This document shows positions 38,781 through 49,379 of a stretch of DNA of 64,000 bases, piece by piece. The DNA comes from Verrucomicrobiia bacterium (GTDB lineage: Bacteria > Verrucomicrobiota > Verrucomicrobiia > Limisphaerales > UBA1319). A program made the translations under genes and the position numbers. The notes below the pieces were generated by a model. It ran no database searches and was not told the origin of the DNA. It saw only the letters and a program-made list of their open reading frames with translations. The stretch spans positions 3,040,001-3,104,000 of the forward strand of contig OY760937.1 of NCBI GenBank assembly GCA_963664225.1, given 5' to 3'. Position 1 is the stretch's first letter; each line of letters opens with the position of its first letter.

Positions 38781-39641
38781 TCACGGGATGCGTGCTGGAT
38801 GGTTGCATTCATTGAAACGGGTGCTTTGAATCGTCACCACCGCGCGATAGGCGGGTTTTAGAACGATGGCGTGGATGCCTCCGCCCAGTAAGCCGCCCAA
38901 AAATGGAGCCCCGATATACACGGTGAGCCACCCCCAGCCGTTCGTTGTGAACGGCACTGTTCCCCAGCCGGCGAAGCTCGAAAATACGCGTGGACCGAGT
39001 TCGCGCGCCGGATTGAAGCAGGCCATCGATAATGGACCAAACAGGCCAATCAGCAGCGTGATGGTCAGCCCGATAAGCGCTGGTGTAAGCTTCTGAGGCC
39101 TCTCCTGATTGGCTTTGTCCGTGAGGCCCCCAATGACGATCAAGAGCAGGGCCGTTCCAGTGCATTCGGCAAAAAACACTGCGGCGGGCGAGGTTTTTGC
39201 CCGCAGGGCATCGGTTAATGGCTGGCCGCCAGGATTGGGATAATATTCCCCGAAAAGCATGGCGGTGGCCTCGCCGCCGGGTTTGGCCCGCACAATGTCA
39301 TGGCTTTGCTCATAGGAGCGGATTGCCGCGCCAAAAAGGCAATACAACACCGCCGCCGCGACAAACGCGCCCAGCCATTGGGTGGCCATGTAGGGAAGTA
39401 AGAGACGTCGCGGAAAACGGTTCCATACCACCATGCTCAAGGTCACCGCCGGGTTCAGGTGCGCTCCGCTCAAGGCGCTGGTGAGATTGATGGCCAGCGC
39501 AATGCCCACCCCCCAGACCACGGCAACCTGGAAATTTCCGGCAAAGGCGGACATTGTCACACTGGCGCAGACGCTTCCACAGCCGAAAAACACGACCAGG
39601 AAGGTCCCGCAAAATTCTCCAATAAATCATCCTGGTAACAT
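38781..39641 (-). pseudogene. MIP/aquaglyceroporin (GlpF-like) with an in-frame TGA at codon 5
   Basis: SGAHLNPAVT and NPARELGPR; AGGA RBS then ATG TTA CCA GGA TGA TTT ATT GGA GAA (MLPG*FIGEFCGTF). Confidence 0.7.
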
Positions 39642-39649
39642 GAATGTCC

Positions 39650-40783
39650 TTATGCTTGAGCTGTTAGTCGATGAGTGGGCTGGGGTTTTCCTGGCTTGAA
39701 ACATTCCAAGTGCCGCCATTGCGTCTTCAATCCAGGAAAGCGCTCCGCCACCTTTGCCACCGCGCTTTCAACAGCCGTTCGCATTGGGGCGGGGTCCAAT
39801 TCCGCGCGCAGATTGACAATGAGAGTCCCACCTGGCACCGGTTTATCCAGACGCCGGGCCAGCTCGGGTTCCAGGTTGCTTCCCACCAGGTTGATCATGG
39901 CCGGTCCGGAAGTCTCCGGCTCGGCCACGAAGGTCATTTTTAAGTGGGCGATTTCCGCTTTTTGACCGGCGAGTCGTTGCCGAACCTCGCAGGCCAGATC
40001 CAGCAACAAGGCGTTCGCATCGAAAGCCTGCAATGACCGGAACTGGATCTTTGCGTTGAACCAACCGAGCCGGGCTTCACCATCGGCGTAGATCTCGTAG
40101 TCCACCTCCATGAGCGGACGTGCCGTGTATGTGTCTTCAAGCAAATGCGCAAACCACTCTTCGAGGTTCTCACCGGTGCGGGAGGACACGGTCCAGATTC
40201 TGGCGTTTGGAAACCGGGCCTCCAATGCGCCGCATAATTCCGACTTGGTCCCAGGCGAGAGCAAGTCCGACTTGCTCACAACAATCAGGTCCGCCTCCTC
40301 GAGTTGCTTGAGATAGATGTAACGGATCTTTTCTGAGAAACCATCCCCGTTGCGCAAACCCAGGGCTTCAAAGGCGCGCATGGGATCGACCATGACGCTG
40401 ACCGGGGCGATGCGGTATTCCCTCGCATGCAAACGCCGTAGGGGATTGATCACCGTGGCCACGAGGTCCGTGCAACTGCCCACCGGTTCGGCCAGATAGA
40501 CTTCAGGTTGAATGTCCAGCTTTAGCCGGGCCGAAGCGGAAACCAGATCGTCAAAGCGACAGCAAAAACAGCCGCCGGAAATCTCCTCCGCGCGAAATCC
40601 GCCCGCGCGCAGCCATGTGGTGTCAACCAGTTCGCAGCCCTGGTCGTTGGTGACCATGCCCACCCGTAGGCCCTTCCGGGTCAGGAACGCGGCGAGGCGG
40701 GAAAGCGCGGTGGTCTTGCCAGCGCCCAAAAACCCGCCGATCATGAGGAACCGGGGCAGGGCGGGGTTGGTTATGGTGCTCAT
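39650..40783 (-). CDS. CobW/COG0523-like P-loop GTPase (putative metallochaperone)
   Basis: GGFLGAGKTT, VTNDQG, GGCFCC, EPVGSC, SKSD. Confidence 0.85.
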   Translation of the reverse strand: MSTITNPALPRFLMIGGFLGAGKTTALSRLAAFLTRKGLRVGMVTNDQGCELVDTTWLRAGGFRAEEISGGCFCCRFDDLVSASARLKLDIQPEVYLAEPVGSCTDLVATVINPLRRLHAREYRIAPVSVMVDPMRAFEALGLRNGDGFSEKIRYIYLKQLEEADLIVVSKSDLLSPGTKSELCGALEARFPNARIWTVSSRTGENLEEWFAHLLEDTYTARPLMEVDYEIYADGEARLGWFNAKIQFRSLQAFDANALLLDLACEVRQRLAGQKAEIAHLKMTFVAEPETSGPAMINLVGSNLEPELARRLDKPVPGGTLIVNLRAELDPAPMRTAVESAVAKVAERFPGLKTQWRHLECFKPGKPQPTHRLTAQA

Positions 40784-40862
40784 ATGCGCAATAATGCATA
40801 TATCGCGCCTTCAGAGACAACTCTTTTTTCCGTCGAAGCGAATCCAAAATGACCCGATAAGA

Positions 40863-43800
40863 TTATGGACCTGTTCTAATCGGAATCGCTTTCACGCCAT
40901 AAACGCCCAGTGGGAGCCACACGCCCCGGTTCAACGCACCGTCGGCCTTGCTTAAATCGGCCCAATAGCAGCCATTGTAATCGCTGGTGGCCACGAACCT
41001 CGGTTTGGCAGGATCGGTCGCATCATACAGGAGATAAGCACCGTTATAGTCATGAGCCACCAGCAAATCCCCGAACAAAACCAGGGAATCCGCCGGACTT
41101 TTCAATGTGGTCGCGCCAAGTTTGATGAATTTCCCGTTGTCGCCAAGCATCCACGATTCAATGGTGTTGAGATTATTGGTCGTCGTGTCGGCGTGCCCGA
41201 TCAACAGTTTGTTTCCCGACAGGACGATGGGATGTGCGCCGGAACTTAGCGACAGGGAGTCCACGTAGTGAGCCGAAACGCCGTCATAAGCCAGGGCGTC
41301 AAGCCACATGGACCAATCGGTCGTGCCATCCGGCTTCCAACGATAGCTGGCGGTATAAACCACAGCGCCTTGATGGGAGATTGCAGCCAGGCTTCCGGGC
41401 ACGTTGACCGGCTTGCGCGTGATCGGATTGGTGGGATCCGTGAAATCAACCACGTCCAAATAGTAGCGATACACCCACGATCCATATACTGGCCCGTTCG
41501 TGTCGTAGATGACGGTCACTGGTTTCACGGCGCCACCAACGGAACCGATGGCAGGCGCCGGAATAAATTCCGATTCCTGATGTGTGACATAAAGGAGTGA
41601 ATTTTGGGAGAACGCCTGGCTGAATCCCCAACGGTTGGTGTCGTTGAGGGTGACTTGGGAAACGAACTGCGGGTTCGCCGCATCGCTGACATTAAACGCG
41701 GTGAATCGTTCGTTCTGGCCCCCGTACCACGGATAATATCCAGGCATGATGGCCATCTTGGGTTGGGCTGCGTCAAGAGCCATGTAAGGCCAATAATAGC
41801 CGTTGCCCGAACCAGCGAGAACGAGGACATCCTCCCTGGGCCAGAGCATTTGCAGCCCATAAGCCGAATAGTTGCTGAGGCTCAGACTCTCCTTCCCGAG
41901 TCGTGTGATTGAAGGTAGTTGGCTGATGTCAAATACGGATAGAATCAGAGTTGGCGGCGGGGTATTCGTATCCACGGTCGCACCGGTGGCATCCGTGGCA
42001 GCAAGGAGCCATGGATAATAATAGGTTGCAGCCTGCGCGACATAGAGACGATTCCCATGAATGGCGGCACATGCCATGTTCAGGTTGTCCTCCAAGGTTA
42101 ACTTGGTGAGAATTTCACTGGTCTGATTCGCGCGGGCCACTCTCAGGATGGGAGCGGAGGGCACGGACTGCCAATAGAAGTAATTCTGGGCATTGGCGAA
42201 CTCCAGTAGATAGTCTCCCGATAGCAGGACCTGATCGGCCGACCAGGCCAGATCAACTGTGGCAAGGGTCTTGGGGTTGTCCCGATCCGCAGCATCGACA
42301 CCGAGCAACTCCCATCCGCTGATGGAGAGAATGGCGTCGCGATGCAACGTGGCGCGACGGGGCGTCAGAGGATGATCGATGACACCGCGCAGTTTGAGGG
42401 CATTGGTGGAGGCATCGGCCAGGTTGAGATCGATCAACTGAACGCGATTGGCCACGCCATTGGTCTGGTATCCCTGATAGGGCACCAGGATCAAATGCTC
42501 GTCCGGCATCACGTTGAACGCCTTTTCATCGTTGTTGGCCTCGCTCCAGGAGTAGTTGTCGCCAATCGGCACTTTGCTCACCAGGGTTGGTTTGGAGGGA
42601 TCGCTCACATCGAACAGTGACACGGCCACGCGCCAGGAATTGCTATTATCGATGCCAATCGTCAGCAACTGGTTGCCCAGCGGTTCGATATAGGTGGACC
42701 AGCCGGGAACCTCCAATTTGCCCTGGATGGCTGGTTTGGCTGGATTCGAGAGATCGACCACCCAGAGAGGATCGATTTGGAAAAACGTCACGATATAGGC
42801 GCGGTTGCCATCAAAGCGGGTGGCATGCAGTTGATCGCCATGAGCCAACTCGAGTTTGCCCAGCGCCACTGGCTTGGATGGATCGGCCAGGGAGTATGTT
42901 TGCAGCGTGGTCACCCAGCGACGGACGGTGTCCCATGAAGCCGAGATGACGGTGAAGGTGTCACCGCTGACATTCATTTTGAACTTGTCCTGGACCCATC
43001 CGGCCGGGGTGATTTTCGACAGGCTCTTGATGGCGCCATCCGGCGCGGAGATATCAAAAACCTGAATGCTGGATTGATACCAAATGGAGGGTTCCTGGAC
43101 GCCGACGAACAGATACTGATCCGTGGCGGTGATGACGTTACCGTAGCCCGAGGTCCAAGCCGAGCCTTTGGAAACGGGCTTGCCGGGATCGGAGAGGTCA
43201 AAGGAGGTAATCATCGTGCCCCATTCCCAGCCATTGTTGGGATCGTTCGCAATGGGACGACTGGTTTCCGAGGCAACGTATAACGCCGTGCCCACCATGC
43301 GACTCTCCTGGATGTAACCCGGCACCGTCAGTGTGGAATCCACCGAGGGCTTTCCCGCATCGATCCGGGCGATGATCACCCGGCTGTCCGGGCCCGAGCA
43401 CCAATTGCGAGTGAGCAACACCGCATGATTCGAATCGACCAGATACATCTGCTCGCCAGACGCAGGCAGGTCAAGAGTTCCCGTGACCACAGGAAGGGCC
43501 GGGCTGGAAATATCGATCACCTGCAGGCCCCGGTATTGATTGAAGAAATACATCGTGTCTCCGTCGATCTTCCAGATGTCCGATTCCACCACCGTGCGGG
43601 TGGCCGTTGTGCCGCTGGTATCGACGCCCGGAGTGGCGGCGACGCCCTTTGTATCGGTGAAGAGGGTGCCTGTATCGATGGTTGTTGGCGAGCCCGCGTC
43701 CGCAAAGCTCGTTTGGCCCTGGTAAAAAAAGGCGGGGAGGGCTTCCTGGGCATCCGCGCGCACGCGCAGCAATTCCAGAGATTCGGTCTTGGGAAGCGTG

Positions 43801-44114
43801 AAAGTGATCGTTCCGCCCTGGCGATCCTGCAGACGCTGTACTGCGGCTGGGGCCCATGTGCCCGCACCCAGACGGCTCCGGCTCTCGAGGGTGACTTTGG
43901 TCACCCCAGAGGGAACGTTAACGCTTACGATAATGTTGGTGGCATCCGTTCGAACATCGGTAATGACCGGTTGTTCGAGTTGTACTAGCTCCGAAGCTGC
44001 GCGCAGCGGCGATTCGACAGGCACACCTGCCAACAAGAAGCCAAACCAGAGAGCGACGCTGACGAGCAGGGTCGTCCGACCGAAGAGCGGCCGGAAAATA
44101 TTCTGAGTTTTCAT
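40863..44114 (-). CDS. Large exported beta-propeller domain protein
   Basis: Signal peptide, VVESDIWKIDG, FNQYRGLQVID, YIVTFFQIDPLWVVDLSNP, LEVPGWSTYI; repeated D[ILV]S[DN]P blades. Confidence 0.8.
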   Translation of the reverse strand: MKTQNIFRPLFGRTTLLVSVALWFGFLLAGVPVESPLRAASELVQLEQPVITDVRTDATNIIVSVNVPSGVTKVTLESRSRLGAGTWAPAAVQRLQDRQGGTITFTLPKTESLELLRVRADAQEALPAFFYQGQTSFADAGSPTTIDTGTLFTDTKGVAATPGVDTSGTTATRTVVESDIWKIDGDTMYFFNQYRGLQVIDISSPALPVVTGTLDLPASGEQMYLVDSNHAVLLTRNWCSGPDSRVIIARIDAGKPSVDSTLTVPGYIQESRMVGTALYVASETSRPIANDPNNGWEWGTMITSFDLSDPGKPVSKGSAWTSGYGNVITATDQYLFVGVQEPSIWYQSSIQVFDISAPDGAIKSLSKITPAGWVQDKFKMNVSGDTFTVISASWDTVRRWVTTLQTYSLADPSKPVALGKLELAHGDQLHATRFDGNRAYIVTFFQIDPLWVVDLSNPAKPAIQGKLEVPGWSTYIEPLGNQLLTIGIDNSNSWRVAVSLFDVSDPSKPTLVSKVPIGDNYSWSEANNDEKAFNVMPDEHLILVPYQGYQTNGVANRVQLIDLNLADASTNALKLRGVIDHPLTPRRATLHRDAILSISGWELLGVDAADRDNPKTLATVDLAWSADQVLLSGDYLLEFANAQNYFYWQSVPSAPILRVARANQTSEILTKLTLEDNLNMACAAIHGNRLYVAQAATYYYPWLLAATDATGATVDTNTPPPTLILSVFDISQLPSITRLGKESLSLSNYSAYGLQMLWPREDVLVLAGSGNGYYWPYMALDAAQPKMAIMPGYYPWYGGQNERFTAFNVSDAANPQFVSQVTLNDTNRWGFSQAFSQNSLLYVTHQESEFIPAPAIGSVGGAVKPVTVIYDTNGPVYGSWVYRYYLDVVDFTDPTNPITRKPVNVPGSLAAISHQGAVVYTASYRWKPDGTTDWSMWLDALAYDGVSAHYVDSLSLSSGAHPIVLSGNKLLIGHADTTTNNLNTIESWMLGDNGKFIKLGATTLKSPADSLVLFGDLLVAHDYNGAYLLYDATDPAKPRFVATSDYNGCYWADLSKADGALNRGVWLPLGVYGVKAIPIRTGP

Positions 44115-44229
44115 ACGAAAAGCACCGAAAAAATTGATTTTATCCAACCGACTGACATACAATCTACTACTTTATTGGCCCTTGTTCAACCGCGCATTCC
44201 GGAATTAAACAGGTTTCAGCGTTGCGCCT

Positions 44230-44270
44230 AAAAAGCAAAATCCGGGGCGGTTATCAACCAACCCCGGATT
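44230..44270 (-). terminator. Intrinsic terminator downstream of leuA
   Basis: AATCCGGGG...CCCCGGATT stem, then TTGCTTTTT on the minus strand. Confidence 0.65.
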
Positions 44271-44356
44271 CCGTTTTTTATCCGGTCTTGTGAACCGGTT
44301 TTGAAACACGCGGCAGGGATCGCCCGACGCGCAAAGTGTCGTTCGCGGACGCCGCC

Positions 44357-45928
44357 TCAGGGAGGCGTGACCTGCCGGGCCTGTTCCGCGCCCACGCAGA
44401 GCCGACGGTTGACAGCATTGAGGTAGGCACGCGCGCTGGCCTCGATGACATCCGTGCTTGCGCCCTTGCCTGGAACGAGGTTGCCATCGCCAAAATTGAC
44501 CTTGATGGTGACTTCGCCCAGGGCGTCCTTGCCCTGCGACACCGCGCGCAAGGAATACTCCATCAACTTGCCCTGCGTATTCGTGAGCCGGTCAATCGCC
44601 TTGAGCGCGGCATCCACCGGGCCGTCTCCGATGCTGGCGTCCTGGTGGGGCGCGTCCTCTTTGGACGCGCCGGCCTTCTTGAGCCGCACGGTGGCGGTGG
44701 GGACCATCTGGTTGCCGGTCGAGACGCTGATATAATCGAGCGACCAGGTTTCCACGACCTCGGTGATGTGGCCGCCGACCAACGCCGAGAGATCGTCGTC
44801 ATAGACAAATTTCTTTTTGTCGCCGATTTCCTTGAACCGGAGGAAAATCGCGGCGATGTCCGCCTCGGACAACTTGAACCCGAGGAATTTCAAACGGGAG
44901 GCCACGGCTGCGCGGCCGCTGTGCTTGGTGAGCGGCAATTCGGTGAGACCCCAGCCGACTTCCACCGGGTCCATGATTTCGTAGGTCTCGCGTTTCTTGA
45001 GCACCCCATCCTGATGAATGCCGCTGGCGTGGGCGAACGCGTTCTCGCCCACAATCGCCTTGTTGCGTTGAACCAAGAGGCTGCACATGCGGGAGACCAG
45101 GCGCGAGGACTTGACGATTTCGTGAGTGTTCAATCCGCAATCAAACCCCGCGTAATAATCGTTTCGCGTCTTGAGCGCCATGACGACCTCCTCAAGCGCG
45201 GCGTTTCCGGCGCGTTCCCCGATGCCGTTGACGGTGCATTCGACCTGGCGGGCGCCTGCGCGTACGGCGGCGAGGGAATTGGCCACGGCCATGCCGAGAT
45301 CGTTGTGGCAATGCACGCTGATCACCGCCGCGCCGGATTGGAACTCCGGCACTTCACGGTAAAGATGGCCGATGAGCGCTCCGAATTCCTCGGGAACGGC
45401 CCATCCCACGGTATCGGGAATGTTCACCGTGGTGGCCCCGGCGGCGATCACCGCCTTGCAGACGCGCACGAGAAAATCCGGTTCCGTGCGCGAACCGTCC
45501 TCGGGCGAGAACTCCACATTCTCGACGAACGTGCGGGCGAGCTTCACTCCTTCGACGGCCAGGCGAACGATCTCGTCCTGCGGCTTGCCGAGTTTGAATT
45601 CGCGGTGGATTTTCGACGTGGCCAAAAACACATGAATGCGGCCGCGCTTTCCCGCAGGCTTGACCGCCGCCGCCGCCGCCTCGATATCCGCAGGCACGCA
45701 TCGCGCCAAACCGGCGATCATGGGCCCCTTGATCTCGCGGGCGATCGTCTGCACGGCCGTGAAATCCCCTTCGCTGATGACCGGGAATCCGGCTTCAATC
45801 ACATCGACCTGCAGGCGGGCCAGCTGCCGTGCGACCTCGAGCTTCTCGCGGAGGTTCATGGACGCGCCAGGGCACTGCTCTCCATCACGGAGAGTCGTAT
45901 CGAATATGATGATGCGGTTGTTTTTCAT
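44357..45928 (-). CDS. leuA: 2-isopropylmalate synthase
   Basis: [44 protein letters not shown]-terminal regulatory domain GDGPVDA. Confidence 0.96.
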   Translation of the reverse strand: MKNNRIIIFDTTLRDGEQCPGASMNLREKLEVARQLARLQVDVIEAGFPVISEGDFTAVQTIAREIKGPMIAGLARCVPADIEAAAAAVKPAGKRGRIHVFLATSKIHREFKLGKPQDEIVRLAVEGVKLARTFVENVEFSPEDGSRTEPDFLVRVCKAVIAAGATTVNIPDTVGWAVPEEFGALIGHLYREVPEFQSGAAVISVHCHNDLGMAVANSLAAVRAGARQVECTVNGIGERAGNAALEEVVMALKTRNDYYAGFDCGLNTHEIVKSSRLVSRMCSLLVQRNKAIVGENAFAHASGIHQDGVLKKRETYEIMDPVEVGWGLTELPLTKHSGRAAVASRLKFLGFKLSEADIAAIFLRFKEIGDKKKFVYDDDLSALVGGHITEVVETWSLDYISVSTGNQMVPTATVRLKKAGASKEDAPHQDASIGDGPVDAALKAIDRLTNTQGKLMEYSLRAVSQGKDALGEVTIKVNFGDGNLVPGKGASTDVIEASARAYLNAVNRRLCVGAEQARQVTPP

Positions 45929-45941
45929 ATGTTATAAACGC

Positions 45942-45975
45942 AAAAAACCCCATCGCTTTTTAGGGCGGTGGGGTT
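45942..45975 (-). terminator. Attenuator terminator upstream of leuA
   Basis: Minus strand AACCCCACCGC-cctaaaaa-GCGATGGGGTT followed by a T run. Confidence 0.8.
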
Positions 45976-45996
45976 GCAAAATTCCTGATTGGAACA

Positions 45997-46071
45997 CTAA
46001 AACCCGGCCGCCACGCTGCTTAGCAGCAGCGCGCTCATCAGGGCCAGTCGGGCATTCGTGTCAACCATCAT
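45997..46071 (-). CDS. Leucine attenuator leader peptide (24 aa)
   Basis: MMVDTNARLALMSALLLSSVAAGF*, with tandem CTG CTG CTA codons. Confidence 0.75.
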   Translation of the reverse strand: MMVDTNARLALMSALLLSSVAAGF

Positions 46072-46078
46072 TGCCGCC

Positions 46079-46107
46079 ACTCTATACCGCTTGTGACAGC
46101 GAGTCAA
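46079..46107 (-). promoter_or_regulatory. Sigma70 promoter of the leuA leader
   Basis: TTGACT-17 nt-TAGAGT. Confidence 0.6.
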
Positions 46108-46997
46108 GCGACAAAATTCGGGACCTGCGCGGGGCCGAATCCGTGCTTGTTTATCAGGCGCACAAATTCCGCGATGCCGCGCTTTTCGTCCGCGCCCAAA
46201 TGGTAATGGATGTGCCACGTCAGATAGTCGCGGCGAAAATCCATAGTGTATTCCGTGCGGTCCCGGATGATTGAGTCGATCGTGTCCAATCCAAAGTCCC
46301 GCGCCTCGCGCAACTGGAGGCGCATCGAGGCGTTTTCAACACCCCGTCGCAACGCCCACACCGCAAACGTGAAGGGCAGGCCGGTCAGTTCAAACCATGC
46401 GCTGCCCAGGTCGAAAATCTCGTGAGTGTGCGGTCCCGTGAAATAATCCAGCGCGCGGTCGCCGATCAACAGCGCGCAATCCGGCAGAGGCTCGCTGGCA
46501 TCGCGTAACAGGGGCTTGAACTCAGGCTTCACTCCTCGTTCGGCCAGTAGCACGCGCAACAAGTTGAAACCGGAGATGGAGGCCGGATCGCAATACACTT
46601 CCTGAATCTCGGCGATCGGTTTCTTATGCAGCAGGAGCACGCTTTGCACTTCCCCAAGGCTGCCGATGCCGATGCCATCCAGCACATCGTAACGGTCCTG
46701 AAGCACCACCTCGGCCAGGCTCACCAGCGCGGCGTCCAGTTCGTCTGCGGCCAGCATCCGCGCCAGCTCGGAGGGAAAGACGCGGATGACCTGGTCCTCA
46801 ATGCCGCGAACCAGCGGCGCGGCGTTCAGATACGGCACGGACCCCACGCGGAACGGAGCCAGGCATTCGTTCAAACGATCCTCGCGCTGGACGTGGCGAG
46901 CCCGTTCCTCACGCTCCAACCGATGGATCAATTCCTCCGGCGTTTCCAGAGGAGCCATCTTGAGCTTGGGCAATGGTTCGTCTTTTTGGTCTGGCAT
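46104..46997 (-). CDS. mqnA: Chorismate dehydratase MqnA (futalosine menaquinone pathway)
   Basis: RVGSVPYLNAAPL, GEVQSVLL, ALLIGDRAL, DLGSAWFELTGLPFTFAVW; start uncertain. Confidence 0.85.
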   Translation of the reverse strand: MPDQKDEPLPKLKMAPLETPEELIHRLEREERARHVQREDRLNECLAPFRVGSVPYLNAAPLVRGIEDQVIRVFPSELARMLAADELDAALVSLAEVVLQDRYDVLDGIGIGSLGEVQSVLLLHKKPIAEIQEVYCDPASISGFNLLRVLLAERGVKPEFKPLLRDASEPLPDCALLIGDRALDYFTGPHTHEIFDLGSAWFELTGLPFTFAVWALRRGVENASMRLQLREARDFGLDTIDSIIRDRTEYTMDFRRDYLTWHIHYHLGADEKRGIAEFVRLINKHGFGPAQVPNFVA

Positions 46998-47217
46998 TGA
47001 TTTGATTCGATTAACGGACGTAGCAGACCGGCGCGCGAGAATCGGCAACCACGACTTTCTCCATGCTGGTCTTTCACATGTCCATGGCATTGATCGGGTG
47101 GGCCGCTTTGTCGGTGCTCCACATTATAATTGGCATGTTATTTGTTAAATGTGCGGCTTTAATAGTGTGGTCTGTTCCGAGAAGGAGATCAGGATTCAGG
47201 GAATTGAATTTGCATTC

Positions 47218-48240
47218 TCAATGTTGGGTTGAAACAAGCCCCTGCGGATTTTGTTCCTGCCAGCGCCAGCCGTCGCGGCACATGGAGGGGAGATCGTGAC
47301 GGGCTTTCCATCCCAACAAGCGCAGCGCTTTGTCGGCGTTGGCATAGCAAGCGGCAATATCCCCAGGACGGCGGGCCACCATCCGGTGATTGATCTTTCT
47401 GCCTGTGGCCTTCTCAAAGGCAGAGATGACTTCCAGCACGCTATAGCCCACGCCCGTGCCCAGATTGATCGCCTCGGCGCCCTGGAGTTTATCCAGATTT
47501 GCCACTGCCAGCACATGGCCCTCCGCCAGGTCCACCACATGCAGGTAATCCCGCACACCCGTGCCATCTTTCGTCGGATAATCATTCCCGTAAACCGAAA
47601 GCTGTGGGAGCTTACCGATGGCCACCTGGGTGAGATACGGAAACAAGTTGTTCGGAATGCCGTTGGGATCCTCGCCGATCTTGCCGGAGGCATGCGCCCC
47701 CACCGGGTTAAAATAGCGCAACAATGCCATTTTCCAGCGTTTGTCCGCCTTGGCCAGATCCCGCAGCATTTCCTCAATAAAGAGCTTGGTGCGTCCGTAA
47801 GGATTGGTCGCCGAAAGCGGTGCTTCCTCTGTCAGTGGCAGTTGCCTGGCCTCGCCATAGACGGTTGCCGAGGAGCTGAAAACCAATCGATGGCAATCGT
47901 GGGCCGCCATGGTTTCCAGCAGGACGAGGGTGGAAACCAGGTTGTTGTCGTAATACTCCAAAGGTTTTTGCACTGATTCGCCCACGGCCTTCAGACCGGC
48001 AAAATGAATCACGGCCTCGATGCGATGGGTCTCAAAGACCTTCCTTAACGCAGCCCTGTTCCGCAAATCCATCTCATACATCTGGAAGGTGCGTCCGGTG
48101 ATCTGCCGTACGCGATTGAGTGCCTCGGGCTTGCTATTGCCGTAGTTATCGAGTGCCACCACCTCATAGCCCGCTTCGAGCAGGGCGACCAGGGTATGAC
48201 TGCCAATATAGCCGGCTGCGCCGGTAACAAGAATAGACAT
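47218..48240 (-). CDS. galE: UDP-glucose 4-epimerase
   Basis: GAAGYIGSH, HFAGLKAVGES, SSSATVYG, YGRTK, LRYFNPVGAH, RDYLHV. Confidence 0.96.
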   Translation of the reverse strand: MSILVTGAAGYIGSHTLVALLEAGYEVVALDNYGNSKPEALNRVRQITGRTFQMYEMDLRNRAALRKVFETHRIEAVIHFAGLKAVGESVQKPLEYYDNNLVSTLVLLETMAAHDCHRLVFSSSATVYGEARQLPLTEEAPLSATNPYGRTKLFIEEMLRDLAKADKRWKMALLRYFNPVGAHASGKIGEDPNGIPNNLFPYLTQVAIGKLPQLSVYGNDYPTKDGTGVRDYLHVVDLAEGHVLAVANLDKLQGAEAINLGTGVGYSVLEVISAFEKATGRKINHRMVARRPGDIAACYANADKALRLLGWKARHDLPSMCRDGWRWQEQNPQGLVSTQH

Positions 48241-48812
48241 AAAAAAAGAGAGGTCAGGCTTCTGAGATCAGAGGTCTGAAGGCAGAAGCTTGCAGTATGG
48301 AAACCATTAATCGTTCGGTCGGGGAATTTGGGATAAGTCAAACCAAAGGCGCACTTCGTGCCGGTCAATTCGCAGGGGTTTGTTCACCGGGCGATGTAAC
48401 ATGTTACGCCACAGATAAGTTCATAACCGCTGAGATTGCGGACCGGCGCGTCAGCACCCAGACTACTGACCATCGTTAAAAGTCACCAGACGCATAAGCT
48501 TGCGCATGACGGTTGTGTTTACAGCATGATTTCCCTGTCTGCTGGAATCCGATGCCTGGACTTCTAAAAACAAAGTTGGATTTTGACCATAAATCGATGC
48601 AAATGCAAGTGCTGGAGTCGAAAAGTCAAAAGTCAAAAAGGAAGAGGCCGTCACAGGATTAATGAGTGGCGTGGATGGATCGTTTTAAGCAATGGTGGCA
48701 TCCGGGTTGTATGTCGGTCCATGGCGTTTTCCTGCATCCTGATGCAGGAAAACCTCAGGTCCTGGCGAAAAGCCGGGGCGAGCCTTGAATCGGGCCGGGA
48801 ACCGGGTAGAAT

Positions 48813-49379
48813 GTGATTATGCCACTCGACACGCTTCCTGGGCCAGCGGAGCAGCCGGCCAACACCCAGTTGGCCCGGATTGTCCTGATGGCATATTTGC
48901 TCACATTCATTTCGGCGCGCGTGCTGGTGTTCCTGATCATGTCCCGGCGAATTCCCGATTTTTATTTGCACATAGGCGGAACCCACATTCACCATCTGAA
49001 CTACGGTATTTTTCTGTTGTCTATTCTGGGGGCGTTTCTGCTTTTCAATCGACCGGATGGACGGATTTTAAGAATTGCGGCCGGGGTTTATGGGGTTGGG
49101 ATGGCGCTGACTTACGATGAGTTCGGGATGTGGATTCGATTAAGCGGGCACTATTGGCAACGGGCCAGTGTGGACGCCATCGGCGTCCTGGCGGCGGTGT
49201 TTGGCCTGATCGCCTATGCGCCGTCAATCAAAAGGTTCCGTCCCCGCCACTGGGGGAGCGCGGTGGTGGTGACGCTGGCGGTGGCCGTGTTTTTCGCGAT
49301 GCTCGCCGAGTCCTTCCACTACGCGCGCCGGGTGATGGGCCCCAGGCTCGAGCTTATTGAATCCAACGGGCCGCAATGA
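48813..49379 (+). CDS. Integral membrane hypothetical protein
   Basis: About 5 TM segments, HIHHLNYGI and LTYDEFGMW motifs. Confidence 0.75.
   Translation: MIMPLDTLPGPAEQPANTQLARIVLMAYLLTFISARVLVFLIMSRRIPDFYLHIGGTHIHHLNYGIFLLSILGAFLLFNRPDGRILRIAAGVYGVGMALTYDEFGMWIRLSGHYWQRASVDAIGVLAAVFGLIAYAPSIKRFRPRHWGSAVVVTLAVAVFFAMLAESFHYARRVMGPRLELIESNGPQ

Noticed and set aside
39627..39629. Selenocysteine or genetic-code reassignment of the aquaporin TGA
   Set aside because: The position is not a catalytic Cys site, no convincing SECIS hairpin was seen, and many genes in the window end in TGA
44336..45937. 533-aa plus-strand ORF antisense to leuA
   Set aside because: Mirror frame of a conserved gene in GC-rich DNA, with no recognisable motifs
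48245..48640. Short heptamer-like repeats (agaggtc/agatcag; aaaagtc twice) upstream of galE
   Set aside because: Only 2-3 degenerate units and no associated small gene; too weak to call
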